NCBI GenBank assembly: GCA_964517485.1
Contig: CAZFCZ010000027.1
Span: forward strand, 1-63,031
Source: an uncultured Nitratifractor sp.
GTDB lineage: Bacteria; Campylobacterota; Campylobacteria; Campylobacterales; Sulfurovaceae
Length of the DNA stretch: 63,031 nt
Direction of reading: 5' to 3'
In this document: piece after piece, positions 29,202 through 38,167 of the stretch
Layout: every line of letters starts with the position of its first letter
Numbering within the stretch: position 1 is the first letter of the stretch
Program-made: the position numbers and the translations under genes
Notes under the pieces: generated by a model
Database searches by the model: none
Told to the model about the DNA's origin: nothing
Seen by the model: the letters and a program-made list of their open reading frames with translations, nothing else

Positions 29202-32200
29202 ATGCCAAAACGTACTGATATAAAAACAATACTTCTTATTGGTTCTGGGCCAATTGTAATTGGTCAAGCATGCGAGTTTGACTACTCTGGGACACAAGCT
29301 GCAAAAACTTTAAAAGAGTTAGGTTATAGAGTTGTTTTAATTAACTCTAATCCTGCTACTATCATGACAGATCCTGAATTTGCTGATAGAACATATGTTG
29401 AGCCAATAGAAGAAGAGATAATCGCTAAAATTATTAAAAAAGAGAGTGTAGATGCAATTTTGCCAACAATGGGTGGACAAACTGCACTAAATGTTGCTAT
29501 GAGTATGCACGAAAAGGGTATGCTTGAAGGAGTTGAATTTTTAGGTGCTAATCCAGAAGCAATTAAAAAGGGCGAAGATAGACAGGCATTTAAAGAGGCG
29601 ATGATTAAAATTGGTATGGATTTACCAATTTCTCAGTATGCATATAACATGGACGAGGCACTTGATGCTGCTAAAAATATTGGTTTCCCACTAATTATTA
29701 GAGCATCTTATACACTAGCTGGTGGTGGTAGTGGTGTTGCATATAATATAGATGAATTTAAAGAGATAGCAAAAGGTGGCCTAGAAGCTAGCCCAATTAG
29801 TGAAATTCTTATAGAAGAGTCTCTACTTGGTTGGAAAGAGTACGAGATGGAAGTTATTAGAGATAGAGAAGATAACTGTATTATTGTATGTTCTATCGAA
29901 AACTTAGACCCTATGGGTGTGCATACTGGCGATTCAATTACAATTGCTCCAGCTCTTACTCTAACAGATAAAGAGTACCAAAGAATGAGAGATGCTAGTT
30001 TTAAAATTTTAAGAGAGATTGGCGTTGACACTGGCGGAAGTAATGTACAATTTTCTATTAATCCAAAAACTGGTAGAATGATTGTTATCGAGATGAATCC
30101 AAGAGTTAGTCGCTCGAGTGCACTAGCTTCTAAGGCTACTGGTTATCCAATTGCAAAAGTTGCTACACTTCTAGCAATAGGCTATACACTAGATGAGATT
30201 ACTAACGATATTACTGGAACTCCAGCATCGTTTGAGCCAGTAATTGACTACATTGTTACAAAAATACCTAGATTTACTTTTGAAAAATTCCCACAAGCTG
30301 ACTCTACTTTAACAACTGCTATGAAGAGTGTTGGCGAAGTTATGAGTATAGGTAGAACTTTTAAAGAGTCATTCCAAAAAGCACTTGTATCTTTAGAGAC
30401 TGGTTTAATTGGTTTTAACTTTTTAGATTGCGATGAAGAAGAGCTAGTAAGAGAGATTAGAAGACCAAACGAAAATAGAGTTTTATATATTTTCGAAGCA
30501 CTAAGAAGAGGAAAAAGTGTAGAAGAAATTTATGAGCTATGTAAAGTTGATTATTGGTTCTTGTATCAGTTTGAAGAGCTAGCAAAAAGAGAAAAAGAGA
30601 TGAATATCTCTATTTTAAGTAGCGCTTCTAGGCTTCGTAAAGTAAAAAGCGAGGGCTTTAGCGACGCTATGATTGCTAAGATTATTAATAAAGAAGAGAG
30701 CACAAATTTAACAGAAAACGATATCTATAATGCAAGGGTTAAGTTAGGAGTTGTGCAACACTTTAACGAGGTAGATACTTGCGCGGCAGAGTTTAAGGCG
30801 TTAACACCATATCTTTACTCTACTACAAGCATTAGCGATACTATTGAGCAAGATAATCCAAGTAAGAGCATCGATAAAAAAGTTTTAGTAATTGGTGGTG
30901 GGCCAAATAGAATAGGACAGGGTATCGAATTTGATTACTGCTGTGTACACGCTGCATTTAGTTTAAATGATATGGGTATTAAGTCTATAATGTACAACTG
31001 TAATCCAGAGACAGTATCTACAGATTACGACACAAGCGATGTGTTATACTTTGAACCAATAGATTTTGAGCATGTAAGAAATGTTATAGAGAGCGAAAAA
31101 CCAGATGGTATAATAGTACATTTTGGTGGGCAAACACCACTAAAACTTGCTAAAAAGCTTACAGAGATTGGTGCAAATATTATTGGTACTTCTGCAAAAG
31201 TTATCGATATGGCAGAAGATAGAGAGAAGTTTTCTGAATTTATTAACAAGTTAGGTCTAAAGCAACCAAATAACGGAACTGCATTTACAAAAGAAGAGGC
31301 TTTAATAATTGCAAATAAAATTGGTTATCCTGTACTTGTAAGACCAAGTTTTGTGCTTGGTGGTAGAGCTATGAGAACAGTATATAGTGATAGTGAGCTA
31401 AAAGAGTATATGGACGAAGCTGTAGAGGTTTCTAACGAATCTCCAGTACTAATTGACAAGTTCTTAAATAACGCAATAGAGCTAGATATAGATGCAATTT
31501 GTGATGGTAAAGAGGTTTACATTGGCTCTTTAATGCAACATATCGAAGAGGCTGGTATTCACTCTGGTGATAGTGCTTGTATTTTACCAACACTATCTAT
31601 TTCAGACGATTTAAAGGCTCAAATAGAGAAGCAGACTATGGATATTGCACTAAATCTTGGTGTAATTGGATTGCTTAATATTCAGTATGCAATTTTTGAG
31701 AACGAAGTTTATCTAATAGAGGTTAATCCAAGAGCTTCTAGAACGGTTCCATTTGTATCTAAAGCAACAGGTGTTCCACTTGCAAAAGTTGCAACTATGG
31801 TTATGGTTAATGGCAACTTAAAAGAGGCATTAGAGTATTACGATACATTTAAAGTAGTTGATTACAACTCTAAACCAATGAAGCCAGTTCTAAAAAATCA
31901 TGTAGCTGTAAAAGAGGCGGTATTCCCGTTTAATAAATTACCAGGTTCAGACCTGATTTTAGGACCAGAGATGAAATCTACTGGTGAAGTAATGGGAATT
32001 AGTAGAGACTTTGGTATGAGTTTTGCTAAATCTCAAGCTGCATCTAAAAATATTATTCCTTTAAGTGGAACACTATTTATATCTTTAACACAAAACGACA
32101 AAGATAGTGCAGGTGAAATAGGTAGATTATTTGCTAATTTGGGCTTTAAGATTGTTGCAACAAGAGGAACGCACGAAGCACTTAAGAGTGCAGGTGTAGA

Positions 32201-32471
32201 GTCTGAACTTGTTTTAAAGCTAAGTGAAGGCAGACCAAATATTGACGATATGATTAAAAATGGCGAAATATCTATTGCAATTAATACAAGTGATAGCACT
32301 GCTACAAAGAGTGATGCTAAAAAGATTAGACAAAGTGTATTAGCAAATTCTGTAGCATATTTTACTACAATAGCAGCAGCTAGAGCAACAGCAAAGGCAA
32401 TAGAAGCACTCAAAAGTAGTGGTGGAGAGCTAGAACCAACAGCTTTACAAGATTATTTAACTAATGGATAA
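29202..32471 (+). CDS. carB: carbamoyl-phosphate synthase large subunit
   Basis: 1089 aa with duplicated ATP-grasp halves ([17 protein letters not shown] / [16 protein letters not shown]) and a C-terminal MGS-like allosteric domain. Confidence 0.97.
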   Translation: MPKRTDIKTILLIGSGPIVIGQACEFDYSGTQAAKTLKELGYRVVLINSNPATIMTDPEFADRTYVEPIEEEIIAKIIKKESVDAILPTMGGQTALNVAMSMHEKGMLEGVEFLGANPEAIKKGEDRQAFKEAMIKIGMDLPISQYAYNMDEALDAAKNIGFPLIIRASYTLAGGGSGVAYNIDEFKEIAKGGLEASPISEILIEESLLGWKEYEMEVIRDREDNCIIVCSIENLDPMGVHTGDSITIAPALTLTDKEYQRMRDASFKILREIGVDTGGSNVQFSINPKTGRMIVIEMNPRVSRSSALASKATGYPIAKVATLLAIGYTLDEITNDITGTPASFEPVIDYIVTKIPRFTFEKFPQADSTLTTAMKSVGEVMSIGRTFKESFQKALVSLETGLIGFNFLDCDEEELVREIRRPNENRVLYIFEALRRGKSVEEIYELCKVDYWFLYQFEELAKREKEMNISILSSASRLRKVKSEGFSDAMIAKIINKEESTNLTENDIYNARVKLGVVQHFNEVDTCAAEFKALTPYLYSTTSISDTIEQDNPSKSIDKKVLVIGGGPNRIGQGIEFDYCCVHAAFSLNDMGIKSIMYNCNPETVSTDYDTSDVLYFEPIDFEHVRNVIESEKPDGIIVHFGGQTPLKLAKKLTEIGANIIGTSAKVIDMAEDREKFSEFINKLGLKQPNNGTAFTKEEALIIANKIGYPVLVRPSFVLGGRAMRTVYSDSELKEYMDEAVEVSNESPVLIDKFLNNAIELDIDAICDGKEVYIGSLMQHIEEAGIHSGDSACILPTLSISDDLKAQIEKQTMDIALNLGVIGLLNIQYAIFENEVYLIEVNPRASRTVPFVSKATGVPLAKVATMVMVNGNLKEALEYYDTFKVVDYNSKPMKPVLKNHVAVKEAVFPFNKLPGSDLILGPEMKSTGEVMGISRDFGMSFAKSQAASKNIIPLSGTLFISLTQNDKDSAGEIGRLFANLGFKIVATRGTHEALKSAGVESELVLKLSEGRPNIDDMIKNGEISIAINTSDSTATKSDAKKIRQSVLANSVAYFTTIAAARATAKAIEALKSSGGELEPTALQDYLTNG

Positions 32472-32889
32472 AGAGATATTCTTAACAAACACAGATACTA
32501 CTATAGGTTTTATATCTAAGTCTAAAGAGGCTTTAGATATTGCCAAAAGTAGAGCATCTAACAAAGAGTACATTACTGCAATTTCTTCATTTAAAGCACT
32601 AAACAGAAGAGTTCCTAAAGAGTTTAAAAATATCGTTAGACGCTCTAAGAAGACTACATTTATACTAAATTCTAAATTCTCTTTTAGAGTAGCTAAAAAT
32701 AGAAGACACCTACTATTAATTAATAGGCTAAATAGTGCATATACAACCTCTGCAAATAAGAGTAATTTGGCATTTAACTACGATTTTGCACTAGATAAAG
32801 CAAATGTAGTTATCTACCCATTAGATAAGCTAAAAAGTGCTTCTAAAATATATAAACTGGGTAAAACTAGAATTAAAAGGATAAGATAG
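32464..32889 (+). CDS. short YrdC/Sua5-like domain protein
   Basis: 141 aa, overlapping the carB stop by 8 nt. The N-terminal [10 protein letters not shown] resembles the PTDTVYGL motif of the YrdC fold. Very basic and shorter than canonical YrdC. Confidence 0.5.
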   Translation: MDKEIFLTNTDTTIGFISKSKEALDIAKSRASNKEYITAISSFKALNRRVPKEFKNIVRRSKKTTFILNSKFSFRVAKNRRHLLLINRLNSAYTTSANKSNLAFNYDFALDKANVVIYPLDKLKSASKIYKLGKTRIKRIR

Positions 32890-33263
32890 TGCAAGATATA
32901 TTTTGGAAAAATGAGAATTTTTTTATACAAAAGCACATTAGCAATTTACCATGGATTAAACTTTTTACTAATACTAAATATAAAGAGATTACCGAACTAC
33001 CATACGATTTAAAGATGCAAATGTATGCTCTTTTAGAGATTATAGAAAAAACTATGATAGAGTTTTACAATCCAAAAAAAATTAATATTGCATCATTTGG
33101 TAATATGCTACCACATCTTCATTGGCATATAATAGCAAGATTTAAAGACGATCCATATTTCCCTAAAACCACTTGGGAAGAGCCAATTAGAGAGTTTACA
33201 CTTAATCTGCCAGAGTTTGAAGATTTTACTAAAATACTAAATAAAAATCTAAAAGAGATTTAA
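32889..33263 (+). CDS. HIT family nucleotide hydrolase/transferase
   Basis: 124 aa with a GTG start overlapping the upstream stop. Histidine triad HLHWHII. Confidence 0.8.
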   Translation: MQDIFWKNENFFIQKHISNLPWIKLFTNTKYKEITELPYDLKMQMYALLEIIEKTMIEFYNPKKINIASFGNMLPHLHWHIIARFKDDPYFPKTTWEEPIREFTLNLPEFEDFTKILNKNLKEI

Positions 33264-33283
33264 ATTTATTTAGTAAAAAGCGA

Positions 33284-33346
33284 AGATAGCAATAGCTTAA
33301 TTTTTTTAAAAATAGATAAGCTACTATCTAAGTTTTTTCTATTTTT
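33284..33346. terminator. bidirectional intrinsic terminator between the convergent HIT and motB-like genes
   Basis: 13 bp stem with a 3 nt bulge (AGATAG-caa-TAGCTTA ... TAAGCTA-CTATCT). It is followed by TTTTTTCTATTTTTT on the plus strand and by TCGCTTTTT on the minus strand. Confidence 0.6.
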
Positions 33347-33392
33347 TGCTAAAGAATTATTAACTCTTTTTAGTGCTTTAGGCTCGTAGTTT

Positions 33393-34574
33393 TCAATTTT
33401 CATCTAATATTTTCTCTATTTCATATAGTGCATTTTGGTTTTTTAGTCTAAATTTAAACTCTATTCTTCTTGAAGCCTCTTTATCTTCTGTATTGTCTTG
33501 TAGCACTCTATCTAAGTACGATCTACCACTTGCAGTTAGCATTTTTTGTAAATTATACTTTTTAGATACATCTAAAGTTAGCAGATAGCTCATTACGCTA
33601 AGTGCTCTATCTTGAGAAAGCTTTAGATTAAACAAGTAGCCACCATCGCTATCAGTATGGCCTTCTATTACTATAGTATCGATATTTGGTGCAATACTTT
33701 TATTTTCAAAGAGTGTATTTATATATTTTGTAAAATAGCTCTTTAACTGCTCTTTTGCACCAACTTTGAGTTCGCTACTGCCTTTGTCAAAAAGTATATT
33801 TGAGCTAAGTTTTAAAGAGCCATCTTTTGTTACATTTATACTTTTACCAAGACTACTTTTTAACTCTTCTATAATTCTTAGTCTAATGCCAGTTAAATAT
33901 TTAATTTTCTCTCGTTTATCTTGTAGCTCTTTTAAAATTTTTTCGTAACTGCTTTGCTTTTTATCTAAGCTATCAAGTAGAGTTAGCATCTTCTCTTGTG
34001 TAATATTGAGTTCGTTCTCTTTTTTAGTTAGCGAGTTAGAGAGAACTATAACTTTATCTTTATAGCTTTTTAGACTATTTATAGTTTTATTTCTATCTTC
34101 TAGTAGGTTTTGTAAAATTACAACTTTACCATTTAAAGAGTCGATATTTGTATTTTTAGCAAGTAATAGTTGGTTTAGTTTTTTAAGTTCGTTAGATTTT
34201 AATTTTAGTTCATTTTGAGTTAAAATTAAGCTATTCTTTGTGTTATTTAGATCTTTTTCTCTGTTACTTAAAAACGATTTTAATTTTACTATTTCGTCAC
34301 TTTGTAGAGTAATTGTAGCTAGCTGCTCTTGAATAGTTTTATCTTTATTTTTAACTGTAATATTTAATTTTTGTAAGTTATTCTCTTTGGCTTTTAGAGT
34401 TTTTACTGTCTTATCTAGTGTCTCTTTTTTATTTGCTAAATCCTCTCTTAGAGTCATAGATTTAGATACAATTGCTCCAATTAATAGAATAAATACAAAC
34501 AGTAACCCTGCCATTAAATCTGCGTAAGAGATCCAAAAGTTACTGTCTGTATTACTTTTATTATCTTTAAACAC
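33393..34574 (-). CDS. MotB-like protein: N-terminal Asp-containing TM, about 200 aa coiled coil, C-terminal OmpA-like peptidoglycan-binding domain
   Basis: 393 aa with a GTG start 3 nt after the upstream stop. FWISYADLMAGLLFVFILL (Asp19); heptad-rich residues about 40-240; IEGHTDSDGGYLFNLKLSQDRA ... SRRIEF. Confidence 0.8.
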   Translation of the reverse strand: MFKDNKSNTDSNFWISYADLMAGLLFVFILLIGAIVSKSMTLREDLANKKETLDKTVKTLKAKENNLQKLNITVKNKDKTIQEQLATITLQSDEIVKLKSFLSNREKDLNNTKNSLILTQNELKLKSNELKKLNQLLLAKNTNIDSLNGKVVILQNLLEDRNKTINSLKSYKDKVIVLSNSLTKKENELNITQEKMLTLLDSLDKKQSSYEKILKELQDKREKIKYLTGIRLRIIEELKSSLGKSINVTKDGSLKLSSNILFDKGSSELKVGAKEQLKSYFTKYINTLFENKSIAPNIDTIVIEGHTDSDGGYLFNLKLSQDRALSVMSYLLTLDVSKKYNLQKMLTASGRSYLDRVLQDNTEDKEASRRIEFKFRLKNQNALYEIEKILDEN

Positions 34575-34577
34575 TAT

Positions 34578-35636
34578 CTACTCTTTTAAACTTTTTACAC
34601 TAATTACCATAGCTTCTATCTCTTTAACAGCATGAGCTAGCTGGCTATCTACTTTGGTTAATGCACTATCTAGCCCTACATCAAACCTATTTAATAGGTT
34701 ATTTAGCTCATATGCACTCTTGTTAAACTCTTTAATATTTTTCTCTAAATTCTCTTTAGCATTTATAGACTCTTCGCTTTGTCTCATTTTATTGGCAACA
34801 CTCTGTAGTTTACTACTTTGTTTCACTAAAGATGCTTCTATATCTTTTAAGCCACTATTTGTCTTATCTATTATGCTTTCGTAACTTCTTAGGTGCTCTT
34901 TATTTATATCTTTTATAAAGTCTAAATTAAAGGTCTCTTTAAGTGCTCTTATTAGTTCGTTGTCTCTTATTGCTTTTTGGTTGTATTTAAACTTAAGTAG
35001 CTCTCTCTCTGACCAGATATATTTAGAGTAAATATCTTCTAAAGAGCGTGTAAGTTTTTCTATTTTAGATAGACCAACTCTTTCGAAAAATGTCCAAAGC
35101 AAAGATAAAAATATACCAAAAATAGAAGCATAAAATGCTGTACCAACACCAGATAATAGTTTTGAAATTTCGCTATCAAGTTGCTTAGAATTAGTAACGG
35201 TAAAATCTGGCATAGATATTGCAATAGCTATAAAAGTACCTAAAATTCCTAACATTGGAAATACACTAGAGGCAACTTTAGAGTAGTTGTCATTTCTAAT
35301 GCTTTTAAAGTAGTCTTCTAAAAAGTCTCTAATACTTAGAACAGATTTTACTTGCCCTTCTATCTCTAAAGCCGTGCTGTCTAAACTCTTTTCTAGTTCA
35401 TTTTTTGTAATTTTAAACTGTTTTTTAATTCTGCACTCTGCAATATATGCGTTATGGTTAATAAAGAGTATAAAAATAATAAAAATTGAAATTAATATAT
35501 AAAAAGTTTCAGTGTGTATATTTAAAAGGCTCATTATGCTAAAGAAGTTTAAAGCTATAAATACTATAAATATTAAAGGTAGAGTCAACACAACTATAAA
35601 ACGCCCAAAACAGCTACTGTTATATCCATTGTTCAT
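34578..35636 (-). CDS. MotA/TolQ/ExbB family proton-channel protein with about 165 aa C-terminal coiled-coil tail
   Basis: I prefer the second ATG (35636; AAGGA 5 nt upstream). Four TM segments. Channel signature FPMLGILGTFIAIAISM ... GVGTAFYASIFGIFLSLLW. Residues about 187-354 are charged and helical. Confidence 0.78.
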   Translation of the reverse strand: MNNGYNSSCFGRFIVVLTLPLIFIVFIALNFFSIMSLLNIHTETFYILISIFIIFILFINHNAYIAECRIKKQFKITKNELEKSLDSTALEIEGQVKSVLSIRDFLEDYFKSIRNDNYSKVASSVFPMLGILGTFIAIAISMPDFTVTNSKQLDSEISKLLSGVGTAFYASIFGIFLSLLWTFFERVGLSKIEKLTRSLEDIYSKYIWSERELLKFKYNQKAIRDNELIRALKETFNLDFIKDINKEHLRSYESIIDKTNSGLKDIEASLVKQSSKLQSVANKMRQSEESINAKENLEKNIKEFNKSAYELNNLLNRFDVGLDSALTKVDSQLAHAVKEIEAMVISVKSLKE

Positions 35637-35654
35637 AAACATCCTTTTTGAACC

Positions 35655-35663
35655 ATTTTAGCA
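35655..35663 (-). promoter_or_regulatory. candidate extended -10 promoter element (TGCTAAAAT) for the motA-like/motB-like pair
   Basis: The minus strand reads TGCTAAAAT about 18-24 nt upstream of the start codons, inside the 58-64 nt gap after the thioredoxin-like gene. Confidence 0.35.
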
Positions 35664-35700
35664 AAATTAACTTTATGTAACTCTTATTTACCCTTTTTTA

Positions 35701-36018
35701 TTACGATAGCATTATTTCGTATGGCCTTTGTATCTTTTGAACAAGTGCATTAACGCTCATAGCTCTGCCTTCTCTTGCAAACTCTTTTCCTGCTAAATAT
35801 ACAATTGTAGTAGGAATAGAGAATACACTAAACTCTGCAGCGATATCTGTATTGTTTTTAGCATCTATAAATATCTGCTCAATTTTTGGAAAATTCTCTT
35901 TAAAACTCTCTGAAATTTTTGGTTTAAGTACATCACAAACATTGCAGTTGTCTCCCCAAGAATATAGCATAACACCATCTTTGGTTTCAATTTTTTCTTT
36001 AATCTCTTGTAGGTTCAT
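35701..36018 (-). CDS. thioredoxin-fold protein with CNVC motif
   Basis: 105 aa. GGAG RBS overlaps the murF stop. WGDNCNVCDVLKP in the position of a Trx CxxC site, and cis-Pro region SIPT. Confidence 0.7.
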   Translation of the reverse strand: MNLQEIKEKIETKDGVMLYSWGDNCNVCDVLKPKISESFKENFPKIEQIFIDAKNNTDIAAEFSVFSIPTTIVYLAGKEFAREGRAMSVNALVQKIQRPYEIMLS

Positions 36019-36026
36019 CTGCTCTC

Positions 36027-37445
36027 CTATATAAAGTTTGGTGCATCGTTTGCAAATAGTATCAAGTCGCCACTTTTTGTATTTTTAGCTAAAAAGCTCT
36101 CTAGACTTGTTTTATCTTTTAGGTGTATTAATTTTTTGCTATTAACGCTATTTTTAAATATATCGTAGTTTAAATCGCCTGTTACTACAACTAAATCAAA
36201 TACTTCGTTTGCTCTTTTTGCAACTTGTTCGTTTAAGTTATCGTCAACTTCTACTAAACCAGGTGTTATAACAACTTTTGTGCCACTATATGTAGATGCT
36301 AAATTAAATGACTCTAGCATGCCATCTATGTTACCATTAAAGCTATCATCTATTATAACTTTGCCGCCAGCTTCGATTTTTTGTAGTCTATGCGCTGTAG
36401 GCTCTATACTTTTAAGTGCCTTTTTAATTGCATCTTCATCTACACCTAACTCTTTTGCAGCTTTTATAGATGCTGCTAAATTTATTGCATTAAAACTTCC
36501 TAAAATATTTGCACAGTAGTTGCTATCTTCTAAGTTAAAGCATAAGCCATCTAGAGTAGAGTTAATATCTTTAATGTCGTGTCCAAATAGCTCTACTTTT
36601 TCATTTGTAGTCTTTACATTAGCGCTAATATGAACCCACGCTTTCTCTAGGCGGTTCGATTTTATAATTTCCATTTTTGTATTTCTAATATTCTCTAGTG
36701 TCTTAAAATACTCTATATGTGCTGGGCCAATAGTACCTACTACACAATATTGTGGGTTAACTAAAGTAGTAATTTCGTAAATATCGCCTTTTTCTCTTGC
36801 ACCCATCTCTACTATATAAACCTCTGTGTTATCTGGTAAATCTTCGTTTATATCTTTTATAATTCCCCCAAGTGTATTTACCGATCTAGGAGTCGCATAT
36901 ACATTGTATTTTGTCTCTAAAAGCTTTGCAATAAAGTTTTTTATACTTGTTTTACCATAACTTGCAGTTACACCAATTACTATTAAATTCTCTTTTTTCT
37001 CTAGCTTATCTTGTGCCATATCTTTATATTTATTAAACATAATTTTCTCTATAGTAATAGAGGTAAACCAAGCTATAAATATTGGTGCTAATAGTAGTGT
37101 TGCATTTGTTAAAAAATATAAAATTGCACTAAAAATAACCAAAAGAGCTAAAAATCTTTTTACTCTGCTAGTTAAAACTAAAGGCTTATCTAACTTTTTA
37201 TACCACAAATATAGTGCAATTGCATAGAGTACTAAAACAATAGGTTGTAAATTATTTAAACCGCTAAAACCTAAAGACTCATATGCCGCAAAAGGAACTA
37301 AAAAGTACATTATATTCCAGTATGGTTTTGTGTGGTGAAATACAACTCTATTTAACTTGTAACTATACCATTGAGCTGTAGTTATAAAGTAGTATCCAAG
37401 TAGCAATACAAAAGTAAAATAGATAAAAAAATTAACAATATTCAT
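36027..37445 (-). CDS. murF: UDP-MurNAc-tripeptide:D-Ala-D-Ala ligase MurF with N-terminal polytopic membrane domain
   Basis: 472 aa. Residues 1-130 form about 4-5 hydrophobic helices. The Mur ligase P-loop GVTASYGKTS lies at about 158-166, followed by the central and C-terminal Mur ligase domains. Confidence 0.85.
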   Translation of the reverse strand: MNIVNFFIYFTFVLLLGYYFITTAQWYSYKLNRVVFHHTKPYWNIMYFLVPFAAYESLGFSGLNNLQPIVLVLYAIALYLWYKKLDKPLVLTSRVKRFLALLVIFSAILYFLTNATLLLAPIFIAWFTSITIEKIMFNKYKDMAQDKLEKKENLIVIGVTASYGKTSIKNFIAKLLETKYNVYATPRSVNTLGGIIKDINEDLPDNTEVYIVEMGAREKGDIYEITTLVNPQYCVVGTIGPAHIEYFKTLENIRNTKMEIIKSNRLEKAWVHISANVKTTNEKVELFGHDIKDINSTLDGLCFNLEDSNYCANILGSFNAINLAASIKAAKELGVDEDAIKKALKSIEPTAHRLQKIEAGGKVIIDDSFNGNIDGMLESFNLASTYSGTKVVITPGLVEVDDNLNEQVAKRANEVFDLVVVTGDLNYDIFKNSVNSKKLIHLKDKTSLESFLAKNTKSGDLILFANDAPNFI

Positions 37446-37453
37446 TTGTTTCC

Positions 37454-38167
37454 TTATATATTTTGCTCAATAGTCTGAGCAATAAATTTAGAATTTTTTA
37501 CAAAAAAGAAGTGGTCGCCATCTAGTGGAAAAAGCTTAGAGTGCTCTATTAGGGTATTAATTTTTTCTGCAGTCCATAAAGGTGTTGCAGTATCCTCTTT
37601 GCCCCAAAAAAGCAGAGCCTCTCCTTTGTAGTTTTTAAAGTTCTCTTCAAAGTATTCATCTACAACATTCTTAAATGTCTCGTACATTCCGCTATTCATT
37701 TCGTTTGCATCTGCAGATACAAAAAGCTTTCTAAACTTTGTAATTCCAAATGGTTTTAAAAGTTTAAAAATAGCAATTTTTACTCTTATTTTAAGTGGCT
37801 TTGGTACTAAAATTCCGGCACTAGAGAGTAAGACTAATTTTTTAGGCTTAAGCAAAGTTGCCACTTTTCCTCCAAAAGAGTGTCCAGCAATTATAGAGGG
37901 GTTTAGGTTTATCTCTTTTAAAAATAAAGAGATAATATTTGAATAATCTTTAGTTGTTAAAATATTGCTATTTTCGCTAGCTCCAAAACCAGGCATATCA
38001 ATATAAATATGCTTATAATCTTTTAAATAGCTACTAAAACTACTATGCATTATCTCTTTGTTGCTACCCCAACCGTGTAAAAATAGTATAGATTTATCTG
38101 AGCTTCCGCTAATTAGATAAGATATAGGAAATACCTTATCGTTATATACAACCTCTTTTATTGCCAT
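37454..38167 (-). CDS. alpha/beta hydrolase
   Basis: 237 aa. HGWGS oxyanion region, nucleophile elbow GHSFGG, C-terminal GDHFF. Confidence 0.8.
   Translation of the reverse strand: MAIKEVVYNDKVFPISYLISGSSDKSILFLHGWGSNKEIMHSSFSSYLKDYKHIYIDMPGFGASENSNILTTKDYSNIISLFLKEINLNPSIIAGHSFGGKVATLLKPKKLVLLSSAGILVPKPLKIRVKIAIFKLLKPFGITKFRKLFVSADANEMNSGMYETFKNVVDEYFEENFKNYKGEALLFWGKEDTATPLWTAEKINTLIEHSKLFPLDGDHFFFVKNSKFIAQTIEQNI

Noticed and set aside
33393-35636. Calling the MotA-like/MotB-like pair a Zorya (ZorAB) anti-phage system.
   Set aside because: No ZorC/ZorD/ZorE-type or other effector genes are adjacent. The A-subunit tail is far shorter than I recall for ZorA. The long coiled coil is on the B subunit. 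The surroundings are housekeeping genes rather than a defence island. I kept it as an unassigned stator-like pair.
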